Below, piece after piece: positions 60,820-64,000 of a DNA stretch of 64,000 bases. Below the pieces are notes generated by a model that saw nothing but the letters and a program-made list of their open reading frames with translations, was not told where the DNA came from and ran no database searches. The translations under genes were made by a program, and so were the position numbers. How positions within the stretch are numbered: the stretch's first letter is position 1; each line of letters begins with the position of its first letter. This DNA is from Phycisphaerae bacterium (GTDB taxonomy: Bacteria > Planctomycetota > Phycisphaerae > UBA1845), in NCBI GenBank assembly GCA_963666835.2, contig CAXXGO010000001.1, forward strand, positions 384,001-448,000. The letters are read 5' to 3'.

Positions 60820-63417
60820 CTAGGGGGCCCCGGCTACAACACGGAACCCGACATCGAAGCGGCAGAAGTCGGGCGGGACCCCCACGCGGTCCGCAGAACG
60901 GGAAGTGTGGATTCGGCCCGCGAATTGGCCGCCACGCGCCACAAAGCGGCCCTCGCCATACTGCGGTCCGCGCGGGTCGATTTGTGAATCGGACGGGTAC
61001 CGGCCGTAGATATCCGCGCACCACTCGCACACGTTCCCGTGCATGTCATACAGACCCCAAGGATTCGGTTGCTTCTCACCAACTGGGTGAGCCTGGTTGC
61101 CGCTGTTGCTGTCGCACCATTCGAATGAGTCAATCCGATCGGGGGTGTCGCCAAACGAGTAGGCTGTCGTCGTGCCGGCCCGGCAGGCGTACTCCCACTC
61201 CGCTTCCGTTGGAAGACGAAACTCACGTCCAACCCGCCGCGAAAGCTCTCGACAGAAAGCCGTTGCGTCTTCCCACGAAACGGCGCGCATCGGGTGGCGA
61301 TCACCGTATCCCCTCAACCCCCAAGCCCCTTTCTTCTTGGCACGTTGCTGACGCAAGGTCGTGCCTGTAACGGCCTCCCATTGCGCCTGCGTCACTTCGT
61401 ACTTACCCATGTAAAACGGCCGGCTAATCCTCACCCGATGTTGCGGGCCTTCATCATCCTGACGGCCTGCTTCCGACGACGGCGAACCCATCATGAACTC
61501 ACCCGCCGGGATCAACACCAGCTCCATTGTCACTCCGCCACCGAGGTCGATCGTCAACGTCGGATCGGGACCATAGTACCCTTGGATCTTCTCCTTCAAC
61601 CGAAGGGCCTCGGAGTGGCCGGGATCGAGCACTAACAACTCCTTGAGAGCCTGCAACGCCGCCCTCCCGGTGGCTTCGCTATCGTTCGCCTTCGCCTCCC
61701 GCAACAACCCGGAGACCCGCTCACGCCGATCCCGGGCCGCACGCTCCTGAGGGGACTCTAGCGACTCCAAACGCCCACGCTCAGCCAACGCCGCCGAATT
61801 GGAAGGGTACAGTTCCAGGGCCCGACGAATCGCCGACAATCCCCTGTCACGATCCGGGTACGTCGTGCAGCCTCTGGCAGTGGTGAGTAGCTGGGAGAAC
61901 CTGCCCCGTTTCTCCCGTTCGGCAACCACCGCCGGATCCTCGATTCCGGCGATACGGGTTCGCTCCGCCAACGCCGCCGCGTCGTCAGGGTACAGAGCCA
62001 GAGCCTCACGCAAGGCCGTCAGACCCCGATCGCGGGAGGAATACGCCGTGCAACCCTTGGCCGTGGCAATTAGCTGCTCGTACTGCTGCCGCTTCTCGCG
62101 CTCGGCAACGACAACCGGATCCTCGATCCGCCCGATACGCTCCCGCTCCGCGATCGCTTGAGGGTCATCGGGGAACAGAAGCAACGCCTCCCGCACCGCG
62201 GAGAAACCCCTGTCACGATCCGAGTAGGTCGTACACGCCTCCGCAATGGCCAGCAGTTCATCGAATCGCGCAAGCTTCTGTTGGCCGAGATCAACCACCT
62301 CCGGGGGAGATTCAGCTTCTCGCCCGTCGTCAGGAGGAACCACCGCCATCTTACTAGATACCGGTGGCGAATCCGCTAGCTTCTCGGAAGTGCCCGACCC
62401 AACGCCCGAAATCGCCCACAACCAAACGGCCGCAAGGACCACCACGGCCGCAAGGGCCAGTATCCGACGACGGCCGCCGCGGCCGGTCGCGCGGAGGTCG
62501 CTCAGTAGTCCGGCTGCCGAGGCGTAGCGTTCCCTGGGGTCCTCGGGGAGACATCTGTCGACGACAGCGTCCCATCGCGTCGGCAGGGCGCGAACGACCC
62601 GGGACGGGGGCTTCGCCCTCGCCGTGGGCCGCTTGCCCGTGAGCAGTCGGTACACCACTACCCCGAAAGAGTAGATGTCCGTGCGCTCGTCAATCTGGCC
62701 GGTGCCTTCGCCGCGCTGCTCCGGGGACATATAGTCGTAGGTGCCCAGAATGCTAGAGGCGCTGCTCGTGCGGCGGCTGCCGCTTCCTTCCGCGGGGATC
62801 GTGGCCGCGGCGTCGAGGGAATCTAACGCGCCGTCCGGGGATGGCGAGTGCAGCGTCGGACCGCTGCCCAGCGAGTGCTGCATCGTCGAGTGGATCTGCG
62901 AGAGAATGAACTCGCTCCCGATCGCCTTGGCCAGGCCGAAGTCGGTCAGCTTCGCATCGCCATCGGCGTCGATCAGGATGTTGGCCGGCTTGAGATCACG
63001 GTGGATCACGCCCCGCTCGTGGGCGTACTGCAGCGCCTCGGCGATCTGGATGGACCACTTCCGCACTTTGGCCTCGGGCAAGCGGCCGTCCGGCTGCTGC
63101 TTGAGGTGCTCGTGCAGGCTCAGCGGCTTGCCCTCCGGTCCGGTCACGTAGTCCATGACCAGGAAGTACACCCCCTCGGCCTGGCTCATCTGGTGAACCT
63201 GCACGATGTTCGGATGATGCAGATCGGCCATCACCCGGGCCTCGTCGTAGAATCGGGCGACGAACCCCTTATCCTGCGCCAGCCCGGCCGGCAGGATCTT
63301 CAGCGCGTACTTCTTACGCAGGTGAACGTGCTCGGCCAGATAAACCTCGCCCATCCCACCCGCGCCGATAGATTCCACGACCCGATAGTCGCCGAGTTGT
63401 CTGTCGATGAACGTCAT
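60820..63417 (-). CDS. membrane Ser/Thr kinase: kinase-TM-helical repeats-FGE-sulfatase (CLec)
   Basis: GAGGMG, ALK, HRDLKPAN, DFG and SPE kinase motifs; a TM helix; a C-terminal FGE domain. Start set at MTFID (63417). Confidence 0.92.
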   Translation of the reverse strand: MTFIDRQLGDYRVVESIGAGGMGEVYLAEHVHLRKKYALKILPAGLAQDKGFVARFYDEARVMADLHHPNIVQVHQMSQAEGVYFLVMDYVTGPEGKPLSLHEHLKQQPDGRLPEAKVRKWSIQIAEALQYAHERGVIHRDLKPANILIDADGDAKLTDFGLAKAIGSEFILSQIHSTMQHSLGSGPTLHSPSPDGALDSLDAAATIPAEGSGSRRTSSASSILGTYDYMSPEQRGEGTGQIDERTDIYSFGVVVYRLLTGKRPTARAKPPSRVVRALPTRWDAVVDRCLPEDPRERYASAAGLLSDLRATGRGGRRRILALAAVVVLAAVWLWAISGVGSGTSEKLADSPPVSSKMAVVPPDDGREAESPPEVVDLGQQKLARFDELLAIAEACTTYSDRDRGFSAVREALLLFPDDPQAIAERERIGRIEDPVVVAEREKRQQYEQLIATAKGCTAYSSRDRGLTALREALALYPDDAAALAERTRIAGIEDPAVVAEREKRGRFSQLLTTARGCTTYPDRDRGLSAIRRALELYPSNSAALAERGRLESLESPQERAARDRRERVSGLLREAKANDSEATGRAALQALKELLVLDPGHSEALRLKEKIQGYYGPDPTLTIDLGGGVTMELVLIPAGEFMMGSPSSEAGRQDDEGPQHRVRISRPFYMGKYEVTQAQWEAVTGTTLRQQRAKKKGAWGLRGYGDRHPMRAVSWEDATAFCRELSRRVGREFRLPTEAEWEYACRAGTTTAYSFGDTPDRIDSFEWCDSNSGNQAHPVGEKQPNPWGLYDMHGNVCEWCADIYGRYPSDSQIDPRGPQYGEGRFVARGGQFAGRIHTSRSADRVGVPPDFCRFDVGFRVVAGAP

Positions 63418-63563
63418 GGGCAGTTTCTGCCTTTTGGTCTTTGGCACGACAGTCGCAAATCGCCTCTGGGACCGCAAGATGTCGAGCGGGCGACACATCC
63501 CATCCCGCCGCGACCCAATCGCCACAGGACCTTGTACGGACCGATCTGTTGCGGGTCAGTCAT
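63414..63563 (-). pseudogene. vestigial kinase N-terminus (49-aa ORF)
   Basis: MTDPQQIGPYKVLWRLGRGGMG is nearly identical to the start of the 60763 kinase, then diverges. Its TGA overlaps the ATG at 63417. Confidence 0.7.
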
Positions 63564-63601
63564 GCTTGCCACTCAACTTCGCACGCCGCTATCAGCGGCG
63601 A

Positions 63602-63660
63602 CCAGGGGCTCCGCCCCTGGACCCCGGGAAAAGAGAAAAGAGTTAAGGGGAAAAGGGTAA
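63602..63660 (-). promoter_or_regulatory. putative DGR IMH-region pyrimidine tract and hairpin
   Basis: Minus strand ttacccttttccccttaactcttttctcttttccc, then CCAGGGGC-GGA-GCCCCTGG (8-bp stem, 3-nt loop, 63602-63620). Confidence 0.7.
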
Positions 63661-64000
63661 AGTCCCCGCCACAACCCGGAACCCGAGGCTGCTGCTGCGG
63701 AGGCCCGGCCTGCTCCTGATGCGATCCGCACAACGGCAGTAGTGAGCGAGGTAGATCCACGAGCCGCCCCGGAGAACACGGTATTTGCCACTACCAGGTC
63801 CGGTCGGGTTCGTACCCGGAGAGCTCGCATAATAGTCCTCTCCGTACCAGTCACCGCACCATTCCCAAACGTTCCCGTGCATATCATGCAAACCCCACCC
63901 GTTAGGCTGTTTCGCTCCCACCGAATGCGTCTGCTTCCCGGAGTTGCCCGTGTACCAAGCATGGTCGCCCAAGCCCCCCGAAGAGTCTCCGAACGAGTAC
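63643..64000 (-). CDS. 3' end of an FGE-sulfatase (CLec) domain protein, putative DGR target; start lies beyond the window
   Basis: PNGWGLHDMHGNVWEWC...RVLRGGSW...CRCADR...LGFRVV, with NNC codons at the variable positions. Confidence 0.88.
   Translation of the reverse strand, partial: YSFGDSSGGLGDHAWYTGNSGKQTHSVGAKQPNGWGLHDMHGNVWEWCGDWYGEDYYASSPGTNPTGPGSGKYRVLRGGSWIYLAHYCRCADRIRSRPGLRSSSLGFRVVAGTLPFSP

Larger units (their letters stand above)
45770..64000. mobile_element. integrative element (phage-satellite/IME-like) inserted at the tmRNA 3' end; right boundary not seen
   Basis: The integrase lies directly after ssrA, with an opposing AlpA-primase-helicase operon. The core to ~53.6 kb is well supported. 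Inclusion of the 54-64 kb cargo is inferred because I found no attR before it. Confidence 0.7.

Noticed and set aside
58240..60960. Other two CLec termini (about 58240-58360 and 60820-60950) as active VRs of the same template
   Set aside because: Framework codons differ substantially from the 63667-63780 VR and no pyrimidine tract or GGA hairpin follows. At most they are older relics or derive from another template.
45770..64000. attR, DGR reverse transcriptase, avd or template repeat within the window
   Set aside because: By eye I found no second copy of the ssrA 3' end, no RT motif ORF and no AAC-rich copy of the VR. A computational search is needed, and these may lie beyond 64000.

Overview
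GC-rich bacterial chromosome segment. The gene repertoire (Cys-rich dockerin-like secreted protein, prenyltransferase-barrel/ExbBD cluster, kinase-FGE fusions, GGGTG-type REPs) suggests Planctomycetota, probably Phycisphaerae; this is an inference. 1-2.2 kb: 3' end of a dGTPase-like gene inside a 614-bp tandem duplication, embedded in a dense field of REP-like palindromes. 2.2-24.5 kb: hutH, an ECF sigma/anti-sigma/secretin-N unit, pgpA, a five-thioredoxin exported protein, and a BlaI-M56-TPR-ExbB-ExbD-(PD40/TonB-like/alpha-alpha barrel) cluster. 25-40.6 kb: a large phosphorelay cluster with no DNA-binding output. 45.4 kb: tmRNA (ssrA), followed by an integrative, satellite-like element (tyrosine integrase, AlpA/Xis HTH, primase, P-loop helicase, PC4-like proteins). 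Next comes an exported TPR/CsgG-like operon and a tandem array of FGE-sulfatase (C-type lectin fold) genes, two of which are membrane Ser/Thr kinases. The best candidate for a novel system is this array. It carries diversity-generating retroelement (DGR) signatures: a terminal variable repeat with a pyrimidine tract and a GGA-loop hairpin (63602-63780), and a sister variable repeat frozen inside a neighbouring kinase gene (57479-57592). I did not find the reverse transcriptase, template repeat or attR in the window.
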